A DNA stretch of 64,000 nt, taken from contig OZ241986.1 in the NCBI GenBank assembly GCA_965204375.1, forward strand, positions 4,992,001 through 5,056,000, given 5' to 3'. The DNA is from Candidatus Latescibacterota bacterium. GTDB lineage: Bacteria > Latescibacterota > UBA2968. The translations under genes and the position numbers were made by a program. Below the pieces are notes generated by a model. That model worked only from the letters and a program-made list of their open reading frames with translations, was not told the origin of the DNA and did no database searches. Of the stretch, positions 20,134 to 31,400 are shown in pieces; position 1 is the stretch's first letter, and every line of letters begins with the position of its first letter.

Positions 20134-21759
20134 ATGGCAAAACAGATTGCCTATGGAATAGATGCTCGCGAGCGTATTCTCGACGGTGTAACGCTCTTGA
20201 GCAAAGCCGTGAAAGCCACTTTGGGACCTGCTGGACGAAATGTGGTTGTCGCCAAATCCTGGGGATCCCCCACTGTGACAAAAGACGGCGTAACCGTAGC
20301 AAAAGAAATCGAACTCGAAGACGCCTACGAAAACATGGGTGTACAGATGGTCAAAGAAGTCGCTTCCAAGACTTCTGACATTGCGGGCGACGGCACAACC
20401 ACAGCGACAGTACTCGCCGAAGCGATCTTCCGCGAAGGCTTGCGCAATGTAACTGCCGGAGCCAATCCGATGGATCTCAAACGCGGTATCGACGCGGCTG
20501 TTGCATCCGTAGTCAAAGCATTGGAAGACCAGAGCCAGCCGGTAAAAGACCGCAATTCAATTGCACAAGTAGGGACAATATCCGCCAACAGTGACAGCAG
20601 TATTGGTGAAATTATAGCTGACGCAATGGACAAAGTCGGCAAAGATGGCACAATCACGGTCGAAGAGGCCAAAAGCATCGAGACAACGCTGGATGTGGTC
20701 GAAGGAATGCAGTTTGACCGCGGTTATCTATCGCCCTATTTTGTGACCGATCAGGAAAACATGGAAGCCATACTGGAAGACGCGCTGATTCTTATTCACG
20801 AGGCAAAGTTGTCAAACATGAACGACCTGTTGCCTCTCCTCGAAAAAGTTGCCGGTGCTGGCAAGCCGCTTCTGGTCATTGCCGAAGACGTCGAAGGTGA
20901 AGCCCTCGCCACTTTTGTCGTCAACAAAGTGCGCGGCACCCTCGCTGCCTGTGCGGTAAAAGCACCGGGATATGGCGACCGCCGCAAAGAAATGTTGGGT
21001 GACATCGCCGTGCTAACAGGTGGACGCGTGATAACGGAAGACCTCGGCATTAAGCTCGAAAATGTCGAAATCAGCGACCTCGGGCAGGCCAAGCGCGTGG
21101 TGATCGACAAAGACAACAGCACAATCGTAGAAGGCGTGGGATCCGTAGCCGATATCCAGGGCCGAACGAGCCAGATTCGTCGGCAGATTGAAGAGACCAC
21201 CTCTGACTACGACCGCGAAAAACTCGAAGAGCGATTGGCAAAATTGGCCGGAGGTGTGGCTGTCATCAACGTTGGTGCGGCAACCGAAACCGAGATGAAA
21301 GAAAAGAAAGCCCGCGTCGAAGATGCACTCCACTCCGTGCGCGCTGCAGTTGAAGAAGGCATCGTGCCCGGCGGCGGGGTCGCTCTCCTTCGCAGCCTTG
21401 GCGCATTGGACGAAACGGATGTGCAGGGCGACCAGAGCACAGGCGTAGATATCGTGCGTCGCGCACTGCAAGCACCGCTGCGTCAGATCGCCGATAATAC
21501 CGGCGCAGAAGGCAGCCTCGTCGTGCAAAAAGTGAACGAGGGCGAAGGCGCTTACGGGTTTAATGCACGCACCGAGCAATACGAAGACCTCGTAGATTCC
21601 GGTGTAATTGATCCCACAAAAGTGGTGCGCACTGCGATGGAAAATGCAGCGTCCATCGCGGGACTATTATTGACAACCGAAGCTCTGGTGACAGATATGC
21701 CAGAAGAAAACGAAGGTGCTGCGCCCGCCCACGATCCCCATCACGGACACATGCACTAA
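20134..21759 (+). CDS. groEL: chaperonin GroEL
   Basis: [44 protein letters not shown]. Confidence 0.98.
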   Translation: MAKQIAYGIDARERILDGVTLLSKAVKATLGPAGRNVVVAKSWGSPTVTKDGVTVAKEIELEDAYENMGVQMVKEVASKTSDIAGDGTTTATVLAEAIFREGLRNVTAGANPMDLKRGIDAAVASVVKALEDQSQPVKDRNSIAQVGTISANSDSSIGEIIADAMDKVGKDGTITVEEAKSIETTLDVVEGMQFDRGYLSPYFVTDQENMEAILEDALILIHEAKLSNMNDLLPLLEKVAGAGKPLLVIAEDVEGEALATFVVNKVRGTLAACAVKAPGYGDRRKEMLGDIAVLTGGRVITEDLGIKLENVEISDLGQAKRVVIDKDNSTIVEGVGSVADIQGRTSQIRRQIEETTSDYDREKLEERLAKLAGGVAVINVGAATETEMKEKKARVEDALHSVRAAVEEGIVPGGGVALLRSLGALDETDVQGDQSTGVDIVRRALQAPLRQIADNTGAEGSLVVQKVNEGEGAYGFNARTEQYEDLVDSGVIDPTKVVRTAMENAASIAGLLLTTEALVTDMPEENEGAAPAHDPHHGHMH

Positions 21760-21790
21760 ATCGGATTGTCAAAATATGCTCGACTTCCAC

Positions 21791-21822
21791 AAAGGGGCTG
21801 ACTGCTGGTCAGCCCTTTTTTT
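21791..21822 (+). terminator. intrinsic terminator after groEL
   Basis: AAAGGGGCTGAC-tgctg-GTCAGCCCTTTTTTT. Confidence 0.85.
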
Positions 21823-21908
21823 ATGTTTGGTTGAATTTGTGGGCAGTTTTATCTATATTATGCAAAGACTTAAACCAAATATGAGCTAACCATTTGCGAA
21901 AGGATATT

Positions 21909-23105
21909 ATGGCAAAATCGAAAACACAGGCTGAAGAACCCCGGAAAACACAAGGCGCGACATCCACAGCAAAAAAAGCAAAACGTCCGTCAAAAAAGCA
22001 GGCAACCAAAAAAACAGCCAAAAAGCCAGCAAAGAAGACGAACACCAGGTCTTCTACACCGCGTGCCACAAAAAAACGATCATCCAAAAAGCCTGCGAAA
22101 AAGCAGCCATCTAAAAAAACAGCTAAAAAGCCAGCAAAGAAGACGAATACCAGATCTTCTACACCGCGTGCAGCCAAAAAGCAGGCAACCAAAAAAACAG
22201 CCAAAAAACCTGTGAAAAAGGCTGAAAGGCCTGCCGCACAGGAAGAGCGCACGGTAATTTCATCGCCGCCATCCAGACGACGTAGCGCAAAGAAAAAGCC
22301 CGAAGCAAAAACTTCTGTTGATCAAAATCAACAAGCTGGCGACGCTGCGCAAACGCCCCAGAATGTGCAATCAGAAGAAATGCAATGGGGGCGTCGGACA
22401 AAGCGATCAGCTCCAATTGGCTGGGAAGATCACGCAGGTGGAAGCGCACCTGTACAACCGGCTCGACGGCAGGACGCGAATGCGGAGAACCAACCCGTTG
22501 AAGCATCTGCAGAACCAGTAGAAACACCACCGCAAGCGCGAACTGAAACGCCTGCTCAGGACAAGCGGAATGAACCAAAAAAAGAAGATACTCGCAATGT
22601 GCAAAAAGACACGCGCAAAGTATCTCGCCCGCCCAAAGGACGCAATCAGGGCAACCAGAACAAACAGCGGCCTTCAAAGCGCAGCAGCGATCGCAGTCGG
22701 AATCGTAGCCAGAAACCCGAACAACCATCGAACAGATTGACACAAATATTGGCGCAATCGTGGACCGAAGACAAAACGCGGCAATTCATCAGCGAAGGCT
22801 TTCTCGGCAGTTTGTCGCCCGAACTGGTCAACAATGGAAATAGTGAATCCATCCCGGACACTGAAAGGCTCAAAAAGCCCCTGGAAATGATCCGCAAAGT
22901 TCTGGCCGACGAGTGTATGGTAGCCGACGATGTCACAGATCTGATGTTGCTCGACGTGGTGATGAATGCCCTGTCAGACCGCATTGACGTGTGCCGCCTG
23001 CAGGCCGAGTCCAACTCACTGGCGGATATAGACGCGATCTTAGAATTGCGCTACAAAGCCGATCGGCGATTGATAGAAGCGGTAAATGCCCTGAAGAATG
23101 CATGA
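21909..23105 (+). CDS. protein with histone H1-like Lys/Ala-rich repeats and a helical C-terminal domain
   Basis: KKTAKKPAKK repeats, low-complexity middle, ordered C-terminus; ATG behind AAGGA. Confidence 0.65.
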   Translation: MAKSKTQAEEPRKTQGATSTAKKAKRPSKKQATKKTAKKPAKKTNTRSSTPRATKKRSSKKPAKKQPSKKTAKKPAKKTNTRSSTPRAAKKQATKKTAKKPVKKAERPAAQEERTVISSPPSRRRSAKKKPEAKTSVDQNQQAGDAAQTPQNVQSEEMQWGRRTKRSAPIGWEDHAGGSAPVQPARRQDANAENQPVEASAEPVETPPQARTETPAQDKRNEPKKEDTRNVQKDTRKVSRPPKGRNQGNQNKQRPSKRSSDRSRNRSQKPEQPSNRLTQILAQSWTEDKTRQFISEGFLGSLSPELVNNGNSESIPDTERLKKPLEMIRKVLADECMVADDVTDLMLLDVVMNALSDRIDVCRLQAESNSLADIDAILELRYKADRRLIEAVNALKNA

Positions 23106-23126
23106 GACCTATAGCCGCCAACATCG

Positions 23127-23162
23127 AAAGCCCCGTCTGACAAAGGTCAAACGGGGCTTTTG
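23127..23162 (+). terminator. intrinsic terminator
   Basis: AAAGCCCCGT...ACGGGGCTTTT. Confidence 0.7.
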
Positions 23163-23288
23163 TGTGAAGGAACGCAACGATGACTTCAATAACTCGGGCA
23201 ATCGAGAATAGTCTCAAGCCGCTTGCTGCGCGGGCTAAGCGAATTGTGGGTAGAGGTGGAACGCGCCATTTGAACGGAGATTTGACGT

Positions 23289-24062
23289 ATGCAAAACAAA
23301 ATCACAATCGAACCCCGTTACTACCGCTGGCACGTTGACAAAGGCGTCGTCTGGATCGAAAAGAACACGAGCTATGCCCACCTCAACTGGGAAATTCCGA
23401 TAGAGCAAACAGCACTCGTCCTGGTCGATGTGTGGTCGCATCACTACCTGAAAGACACAGCAGCCCGGTCCGAGGAAATCGTACACAACAAAATTGTCCC
23501 CCTCCTATGCGCCTGCCGAAAAGCGGAAATGCCCATCGTTCATGCGCCGGCACCGCGACTGGCTGAAGCGCATCCATCCTGGGTGAACCTGATCGAAAAG
23601 AGAGACGTATCCACCGACGCCAAAAACAACTGGCCCCCCACCGCCTTTCGCAGCAAAACGGGAATATATGAAAACTATGCGCGACCCATAGAACCGCGCG
23701 AAGAAGAACTCACCGAAATCCGCGCCAGACTCGCAATGCATCCCCTCGTACAGGTAGAGGGAAAAGAAGCCGTCATCTCCACGGGCGAAGAACTCCACTG
23801 CTGGTGCAAACAACAGGGCATCCTCTTCCTCTTTTTTCTCGGCTTCAACACCAATGCCTGCATATTGATGAGAGACTACGGAACCCTCGCAATGGGGCGC
23901 CGCGGATATGAAATCATCCTCCTGCGGGACTGCACCACGGGAATGGAATCTTTTGAAACGCACGAAAACCTCGGACAGACGCGGGGCGCCGTACTCTTCC
24001 TGGAAATGTTCGGACACTACTCTTTGACATCAGAGGAACTGATCGCGGGATTACCGGGATAA
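23289..24062 (+). CDS. isochorismatase/cysteine hydrolase family protein
   Basis: TALVLVDVW, PIVHAP, GFNTNACI, LLRDCTTG. Confidence 0.8.
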   Translation: MQNKITIEPRYYRWHVDKGVVWIEKNTSYAHLNWEIPIEQTALVLVDVWSHHYLKDTAARSEEIVHNKIVPLLCACRKAEMPIVHAPAPRLAEAHPSWVNLIEKRDVSTDAKNNWPPTAFRSKTGIYENYARPIEPREEELTEIRARLAMHPLVQVEGKEAVISTGEELHCWCKQQGILFLFFLGFNTNACILMRDYGTLAMGRRGYEIILLRDCTTGMESFETHENLGQTRGAVLFLEMFGHYSLTSEELIAGLPG

Positions 24063-24133
24063 ATCATGCTATCATTCGCAGATTAAGAGAGGGTGTTTTT
24101 AATGTCTCACGTCTTTCGTCTCACCGCCTTTTT

Positions 24134-26119
24134 ATGACCGCAGAACAAACATATCCAATCGCAGATTCGCCAGATCCTGCGAACAAAGGTGTTACAGTCC
24201 GGTCGCTGATCTTTGGGCTTGTGCTGGTTGTTACAATCAACGCACTGGCAACAGTCGCGCGATATATCATGCACAGCTCCTTCATGGCATACAGCCACAT
24301 GCCCATGGGCAATCTGATGCTCACACTGCTGTGTTTGATCGTCTGCAGTGTGCTCGCGTGGTACTTTGGCAAACGCTTTGCCTTTTCTCCGAGCGAATGG
24401 CTCGCGATCTTTTCTATGGGCTTTATCTGTTCGCTCGGTCCCACATACGGGGTAAGCGGATATCTGGTCGGCGTCATCGTAACCCCCTACTATTTTTCCT
24501 CGCCCGAAAACCGGTGGGCAGAGTTTTTGCACCCGCACTTGTCCGAATGGATCATACCGTCCAATCGCGACGGCGCAATGAACTGGTTCTACGATGGCTT
24601 GCCCGCCGGTGCGCCCGTACCCTGGTCTGTCTGGCTCGGACCTCTCTTCTGGTGGTTCACCTTTGTATGTGCCGTGGCACTCGCCTGCTTTTGTGCCTCG
24701 GTCATCATGCGCAAACAATGGGCGGAATACGAAAAACTGGTCTATCCCGCCATGGAACCCATCGTCGAACTGACCACCCAGCCGGGCACGGGTCGCACCT
24801 ATTTGCCTGAGTTTATGCAGGGACGAATGTTCTGGACCGGATTTGGCGTGGTGGGCGTGATATTCGTCTGGAACATCATCGCGTGGTTTCATCCCGCGCT
24901 GCCAAAATTTCCAACCGCTGCCGGCACCTGGGTACCCATTGGCCGGAATTTTCCGCCGCAATGGGTATTCATAAGCACCGTGGGAATATGCTTTTCGTAT
25001 TTTGCAAGCCTGGAATTATTGTTCAGCATGTGGCTCTTTGATCTCATATTCATCGTAGAATCCGGCATCCTCGATCAACTGGGCATAACAGCCTTTAACC
25101 GCTATTACGCCTCCAAACGCTATCTCTGGCAAACAACGGGCGCGTTTGTCGCCCTATCTCTGTGGTGGGTGTGGATAGCGCGGGCGCATCTGAAACAGGC
25201 ATTTCAAAAAGCGCTCCATCCAAAAAGCGAGCATATAGACGACAGCCGAGAACTCATATCCTATCGCGCAGCCTTCTGCTATCTCGCCGCTTCAGTCGCC
25301 TACGCACTGGTCTGGTTATCCGCAGCGGGCATGGCGTGGAAAGTTCTCGCCATCCTGTTGCCATTCATGTTTCTGTCCTATGGTGCCGTATCGAAAATTC
25401 TGGCCGATTCCGGACTTATTTACGTCAAGGCACCATCTACTGCCTGGACACTGACAACCGCGCTTATGGGCGGTGCCCGCGCCATACCAGCGGCGTCTCA
25501 TGCCATGATCTATCCGGCATCTGTCGCCATTGATCACTTCCGCGGATTTACCTTTTCCGTGGGCACGCACCTCAACCGCCTGTCCGACTTCATCTCCGGC
25601 AACAAACGCCCCCTCTTCGGCGGCCTCTGCGTGGCTTTTGTGGTCGGCATCGTCTCATCCACCCTCTTTACAATCTGGCTGGGCTATCGCATTGGTGGGT
25701 ACAATTTCTCGCCAAACTGGCTCATCATTCGCGCGGGCATAGGCGGATATCAAAATTCCGTCAACGCGATTATATCGCCACAGCCGATGGAAGAGATCGA
25801 CTACTGGTTCTTTCTTATCGGAGCATTCGCCATGTACGCCCTGTTATTCCTGCGATACCAATTCACCTGGTGGCCCCTGCACCCCATTGGCCTCGCCCTA
25901 TCGGGCACCGGACTCGCCCGCCTCACCAGCTTCACCATCTTTGTCGCCTGGCTCATCAAATTCACATTATTGCGCATTGGCGGAGCACCCTTTTACCGCC
26001 GCTCAAAGCCATTTTTTATCGGCATGCTCGTGGCATACGTCCTGTCAACCGCCCTGGGCCTCATCGTAGATGCGATATGGTTCATGCCTCAGGGACACAC
26101 CGTTCACAAATGGTATTGA
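24134..26119 (+). CDS. DUF6785/DUF6784-type multi-TM protein (possible peptide transporter)
   Basis: VPWSVWLGPLFWW, RKQWAEYEKLVYP, WWPLHPIG, PFFIG motifs; many TM helices. Confidence 0.7.
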   Translation: MTAEQTYPIADSPDPANKGVTVRSLIFGLVLVVTINALATVARYIMHSSFMAYSHMPMGNLMLTLLCLIVCSVLAWYFGKRFAFSPSEWLAIFSMGFICSLGPTYGVSGYLVGVIVTPYYFSSPENRWAEFLHPHLSEWIIPSNRDGAMNWFYDGLPAGAPVPWSVWLGPLFWWFTFVCAVALACFCASVIMRKQWAEYEKLVYPAMEPIVELTTQPGTGRTYLPEFMQGRMFWTGFGVVGVIFVWNIIAWFHPALPKFPTAAGTWVPIGRNFPPQWVFISTVGICFSYFASLELLFSMWLFDLIFIVESGILDQLGITAFNRYYASKRYLWQTTGAFVALSLWWVWIARAHLKQAFQKALHPKSEHIDDSRELISYRAAFCYLAASVAYALVWLSAAGMAWKVLAILLPFMFLSYGAVSKILADSGLIYVKAPSTAWTLTTALMGGARAIPAASHAMIYPASVAIDHFRGFTFSVGTHLNRLSDFISGNKRPLFGGLCVAFVVGIVSSTLFTIWLGYRIGGYNFSPNWLIIRAGIGGYQNSVNAIISPQPMEEIDYWFFLIGAFAMYALLFLRYQFTWWPLHPIGLALSGTGLARLTSFTIFVAWLIKFTLLRIGGAPFYRRSKPFFIGMLVAYVLSTALGLIVDAIWFMPQGHTVHKWY

Positions 26120-26320
26120 TCGAAACTATTGCGGTGTGATTACTCCCAACGATAGAGCAGTTGGGCTTCTTGGTGGTCAATCCACCTGACTTTGTAATCC
26201 CAAAGTCAATATGTTTATCGCAGCATTATGGTCTCTGTCCGTCGTATAGCCACACTTTTTACAACGATGCACACGCTGAGAAAGTGGTTTCTTTTCTCTG
26301 TGTCCGCATGCCGAGCAATC
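26120..26320 (-). ncRNA. predicted omegaRNA (reRNA) overlapping tnpB 3' end; boundaries approximate
   Basis: Inferred from established TnpB architecture; scaffold would end at TCAC 26136 and the guide read into the flank ACCGCAATAGTTTCGA. Confidence 0.45.
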
Positions 26321-27295
26321 TTGTGACGTATAATCAGGCTTGACAGCTTTGAATCCAATACCAGCTTCTTCCGCTTTGTATTCGAGACAATGCCGAAACA
26401 GGGACCACGCTACGTCTGCTATTGATTTAGCCAATCGCCTGTTCTTTTGCATCTTTTGAACTTTCAGCTTCTCTACGGCTATAAAGCCGTGACGATTGAC
26501 CACTTTTCTTGATTCTTGATGGGCAAAGTTATGTCGCTTATTACGGATACGCTCATGCACTCTTGCAACAACCTTACGTGCTCTCTCTCGTCTCTTTGGA
26601 CAGACCTTTTTCGCCGTGTCCCATTTGCGCTGTGCTTTGGCAAGCGTCTTTTCCTCTTTTCTAAAGAATCGCTGGTTGGCTATTTTCTCGCCGTCACTGG
26701 TTACAGCAAAGGAATTAAGACCAACGTCAATGCCTATGGCAGAGCCAGCATCCGTTTTTTCAGGCGCGTCGCCCATATCACAAGAGATAGACGCAAACCA
26801 TTTGCCAGTAGCCGTGCGAGTGATGGTGCAAGATTTAGGAATGCCGTCAAGGGGCCTGTGCTGGACAACACGAATACAACCTATTTTGCCCAAACGCAAG
26901 CCTTTATCGTCTAATCGGCAACCGTTGGAAAATTGAGGATAGGTGATAGAATCATAGCGATTCTGTCCTTTGTATCTGGGAAAGCCGGCTTTCTCGCCTG
27001 TCTTTGCTCTTTCTTTGAGACGGCGAAAGAATCCTTTGAATGCCAAATCAACCCTTGTTGATACTTGTTGCAATGCCTGAGAATATACTTCCTTTAATGT
27101 AGGACGCTGTTGTTTCATCAGTGGTATTATTTTGTTCTGTTCATAACGAGACAGAGACTTATTTTCATTTTTCCACGCCTGTATTCTCGCACAGAGAAAT
27201 TGGTTAAACAGCAATCGACATTCTTCAATATGCGCCATCAAGATATTCTCTTGCTTTTTCGTTGGACGCAATCTGTATTTGAATGACTTAACCAT
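26177..27295 (-). CDS. tnpB: RNA-guided endonuclease TnpB
   Basis: KSFKYRLRPT, GFPRYK, RuvC GIDVG / AVEKL / DRDHNAAINI, Zn finger CSAC-CKKC. Confidence 0.93.
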   Translation of the reverse strand: MVKSFKYRLRPTKKQENILMAHIEECRLLFNQFLCARIQAWKNENKSLSRYEQNKIIPLMKQQRPTLKEVYSQALQQVSTRVDLAFKGFFRRLKERAKTGEKAGFPRYKGQNRYDSITYPQFSNGCRLDDKGLRLGKIGCIRVVQHRPLDGIPKSCTITRTATGKWFASISCDMGDAPEKTDAGSAIGIDVGLNSFAVTSDGEKIANQRFFRKEEKTLAKAQRKWDTAKKVCPKRRERARKVVARVHERIRNKRHNFAHQESRKVVNRHGFIAVEKLKVQKMQKNRRLAKSIADVAWSLFRHCLEYKAEEAGIGFKAVKPDYTSQDCSACGHREKKPLSQRVHRCKKCGYTTDRDHNAAINILTLGLQSQVD

Positions 27296-27301
27296 AAGTA
27301 A

Positions 27302-27330
27302 AATATACACTTATGCACGCACTATGTCAA
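27302..27330 (-). promoter_or_regulatory. sigma70 promoter of tnpB (probably leaderless)
   Basis: Minus strand TTGACA-17-TATATT, 6 nt before ATG. Confidence 0.6.
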
Positions 27331-27713
27331 GCGATATAGCAACGCTCATATACGCTAAAGCTACAAAGGCTATTGGATAACTTATTGTTCGCAAGCTATA
27401 TCATGTCAAAATTTATTCCCTTGCCTTCAGATATGCGCTTGGCTAATTTATTTCATCTTGTCATCGTTTAATTTTACTTTGTACACCTATGGGACTGTGA
27501 AGTAAAGCTGGGTTCTGAGGAATAATCTCATACTCCTGTAAATAGTCCCAATTAGCAATCAGACTTTGGCAAATAGGCGAAGGCAGACTTGTTCGCGCGG
27601 ATCATTAAAGTGCGACCCGGCCTGCCTTTTTTGTAAAGGTTAGTAGCCTTAATTTTATTTGGAACACGCTGTTTTTTTATGTATGATAACATCTGATTTT
27701 TAGATTGCACGAC

Positions 27714-28061
27714 ATGTGGCCTGTTGAATTTTACCAAAATGAAAACGGACAAGAGCCTGTCAGAGACTTTTTGCTTTCGCTTCACCCAAAGCCAAGAGGA
27801 AAGGTCTTGCAGGTGATTCAGATCCTTTCAGAGTTTGGTATCAATCTCCCCTTTTCCTATTCGAGTCAAGTTGAGGGAAGGCTGAGAGAACTGCGAGCGG
27901 GTTATGGCAAAAATCAATATCGCGTTCTGTACTACTGTAATGCGAATCGCGTTTTTGTCCTGTTGCACGCATTTGAAAAACGAAGCCAGAAACTTCCGCA
28001 AAGAGAAATCCGAATTGCGATGGAACGCATGATGGCTGACCGGAAACAACAAGAGGGATAA
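27714..28061 (+). CDS. higB: RelE/HigB-family toxin (Gp49-like)
   Basis: VEFYQNENGQEPVRDFL, LRELR, YRVLY, LLHAFEKRSQKLP. Confidence 0.85.
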   Translation: MWPVEFYQNENGQEPVRDFLLSLHPKPRGKVLQVIQILSEFGINLPFSYSSQVEGRLRELRAGYGKNQYRVLYYCNANRVFVLLHAFEKRSQKLPQREIRIAMERMMADRKQQEG

Positions 28062-28065
28062 AAAT

Positions 28066-28371
28066 ATGGCACGCCAGAAGACAAGTACTCAGACATTTCT
28101 CGAAGAACAATTGAAAGATCGAGAAGTCGCAGAATCATTTTACCAGGGACTTGATGAACTGCGGCTTGCGGTTAAAATTGCTCAACTGCGGCAACGTCGA
28201 GGATTAACACAAGCGCAATTAGCAGCGAAGCTGGACACCAGTACACCGGTAATTAGCAGATTGGAAAACCGTGGAAATTGTACCATCAGTACCCTTAAAA
28301 AGGTCGCCGAAGCATTGGACGCGGTAGTGCAAATTGACATCGTGTCTAAAGAGTCACGCCCTGGAATGTAA
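28066..28371 (+). CDS. higA: XRE-family HTH antitoxin (HigA-like)
   Basis: LRQRRGLTQAQLAAKLDTSTPVISRLEN, TISTLKKVAEAL; follows the toxin. Confidence 0.85.
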   Translation: MARQKTSTQTFLEEQLKDREVAESFYQGLDELRLAVKIAQLRQRRGLTQAQLAAKLDTSTPVISRLENRGNCTISTLKKVAEALDAVVQIDIVSKESRPGM

Positions 28372-28411
28372 TTGAAACAATGGACACATCTGATTTTCTG
28401 AAAGGAACACC

Positions 28412-31400
28412 ATGAACCGTCGCATCGGTTGGTTGGCATTGATCGGGGTTGCTGTATTTGGGTTTGGCGCGGTCATCTCAGGACCCGATACGGTTGACCC
28501 TTTGCTACGTAATGTGCTGGGATTGCAAACACCCGAACCCGTAGAACCAGCCCCAGTACCGGGTGCCGAAGTCGTAGCTGATCTCGTAAAGCGCGAAATC
28601 ACAGAAGCAGAAGTGCGCGCATTAATGGCCACCTTCACCCAGTATAAATCCCGCGTTCCGGGCTATCCGGGACACGATGCCGCCGCGCAATTTATCGAAC
28701 AACGCTTTCGCGCACTTGGCTTAAAAAACGTAGAAACAGAAACCTACGGCGTAACTTCACCCGTAGATGAAGGCAGCCAATTGACCATCATCTCCTCCGG
28801 CGAAGTCTTTCCGCTATCCGGGCTATGGCCCAACCTGGTCAAAACCTCCACCTTGCCACCGGGCGGCGTGCGAACGCGCCTGATCGACGGAGGCGACGGC
28901 GAATTTAAAGCATTCGACGGCAAAGAAGTGGAAAATACCGTCGTACTCCTGAACTTTAACACCTGGAACAAATGGCTCAACGCCGCAGTACTGGGCGCAA
29001 AACAAATCATATTTATCGCCCCAGATACCACATCCTATACACAGGCCGAAACAAAATTTTTGCAAGTACCCAACAGCGTAGAGCGATTCTGGATCGACCG
29101 CGAACACGGAGAACAATTGCGCGCGCTCCTATCAGACCAGGGCGAAATAGAAGTACAACTCGAATCCCGGATGCCCTGGAAGAAAGACGACGTCGCCAAC
29201 GTACTGGGCTGGGTTGAAGGATCGGACCCAGAACAGAGCAAAAAAATCGTCGTCATCAACGCCTACTACGACGCCATGTCCGTCGTACCCGCACAGGCAC
29301 CCGGCGCTGAAATGGCGTGTGGCATCGTCGCACTCATGCGCCTCGCTGAACATTTTCAAGCGCATCGCCCCAAATACACCGTGCTCTTCCTCGCATCGTC
29401 CGCACACCACCTGGGATTTCGGGGTATATGCGACTTTCTGAACCGGCACTCGCGCAAAGAAAAGCACTTTGCCGCACTCATGACCGAACCCATTGACATC
29501 GACCTGTTCATCGGGCTGGACCTCTCCAGCCAGACAGACGAAATGGGCGTATCGACCCAGACCGCCGGGTTTGGCGTCAATACAGCGGTCAATTATTTCT
29601 CCACGCGATTTTTTGCCACATTTAGCAAATCCTTTGTACGCTATGCAACCGCCATTGCCGAAGGCATGGGCGTGCCGTCAAAAGACGTCATGGTCGATGG
29701 CATCAACCCCAAAGGCGGCATGACCTGGGACATGTACATCCCCGGCGAAAATATCAAAAGCGACAGCGAAGTCGTACTCTATGCGGGCACCCCCGCACTC
29801 TCATTGTCAACCGTGAACGACGCGCGATTCAGGGTGGATACCCCTCTGGACCGGGCCGAGTATATAAACTACGCCAACCTGACCAAACAGATTCGCGTAC
29901 TCGCGGGCATGCTGGATCTATCGTTCAACGACGGGGAATTTTTGCCCGACTACAAGCTGGACCCCATCGATCGCATGCGCGGCCTCAAGGGATATGTGCG
30001 CACCTTCCCGCGGCGCAGTATCACACCCGATAAAGCGCGCCCAGGCGCAATAGCCGCCATGCGGATGGGCCTGGAAAAATCGATCAAAGGCGTGCGGCGC
30101 ATTTACTACGACCTCGCAGATGAAAACGGCGAATACTATATCCCGGGCGTGGCAGAGCGCCGCGTACACGTGCGGGCGTACTATATCGATCCCCACAGCG
30201 GCGAAATCACGTACGCGCCCAACCAGGGACGGCAGGGCAAAATCTACAGCGGCCATTTCAACATGAACTGGTGGATCACAAAACAAACCGTCATCCTGTT
30301 CCCCTGCGTAGCAACCGATTTCTACGACACTGTCGATCCCCGATATCTGAACACCTTATCCGACATCAGCGTCTATGGCGTGGGCAATACAGCACCGCAA
30401 GAATACGGTTATGACATCGGGTTTGGGCCGGACGAACCCGTCGGCGTGGTCTATACATCGCCCGGAGAAAAAGTAAAAATAGCCATGCGCGCAGGCGCAA
30501 TCGGCGTGCGCTATTTGCTACTCAACTCAAAAAGCGCGGATAACGAGTGGGATGCCCGGGGCGAGGGATTTCAAACCCTGTCATCAGGCGCACTAATCCG
30601 CACGCCCTATCAGGCGGCGCGAGATATGTGGATGTTGAACGAGTCGCGCATGCGAAAACTGCGCCAGTACTCAATTGAAAATCAGCGACTGGAAGTATTG
30701 CACGCGCAGGCCAAACAACATTTAGACGAAGCAGAAACCGCACTGCAAGAAAAACAATGGGATGCCTTTGTAAAACACACGCGCGCGGGCATGGGCATTG
30801 AATCGCGGGCATATCCAGACGTAAAAACAACGCAAAACGACGTCATCCGCGGCGTAATTTTCTTCATGCTCCTGGTCATCCCCTGCGCGTTTTTCCTCGA
30901 GCGGTTGCTCTTTACCTTTTCCGATATTCGCATGCAAATCGGTGGAATCGGCGCGGTCTTTGTCGTCATCTGGATATTCCTCTCACAGGTACACCCCGCA
31001 TTTGACCTCTCCAATCCCTTTGTAATATTGCTGGCTTTTGTCATCTTGGCACTGGCGATCTTTGTCATCTCGATTCTATCGGGCCGGTTCAACGAAAACA
31101 TCCGGCGACTCCGCAGCGCCGAGGTATTATTGCACGAAACCGACGTGGGGCGAATCAGCGCATCAGTCGCGGCATTTCAACTGGGCATTGCCAACATGAA
31201 AAAGCGCAAAATGCGCACATGGCTAACATTTGCAACCCTGGTACTCCTCACCTTTACCGTGCTGTCCTTTACCTCTATCAAATCGGCACTGGAATTTCAC
31301 CAGCTTCACCGCGATGTGGAAGGCCCATATCCCGGCATACTGATCAGAAGCAAATTCTGGGGACCACTGGAAGACACAGCTTATGATTATGCGCGGATAA

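Larger units (their letters stand above)
26136..27330 (-). mobile_element. IS200/IS605-family element, TnpB-only (IS1341-like)
   Basis: tnpB with no adjacent tnpA; right end on minus strand GAAGCCCAAC...GTTGGGAGTAATCAC (hairpin, ends TCAC at 26136); left end approximate. Confidence 0.75.

Noticed and set aside
21821-22252. Hydrophobic repeat ORF on the minus strand
   Set aside because: Antisense shadow of the Lys-rich repeats
27331-27660. tnpA or another gene upstream of tnpB
   Set aside because: No HUH/Y1 or serine-recombinase ORF; AT-rich with only short frames
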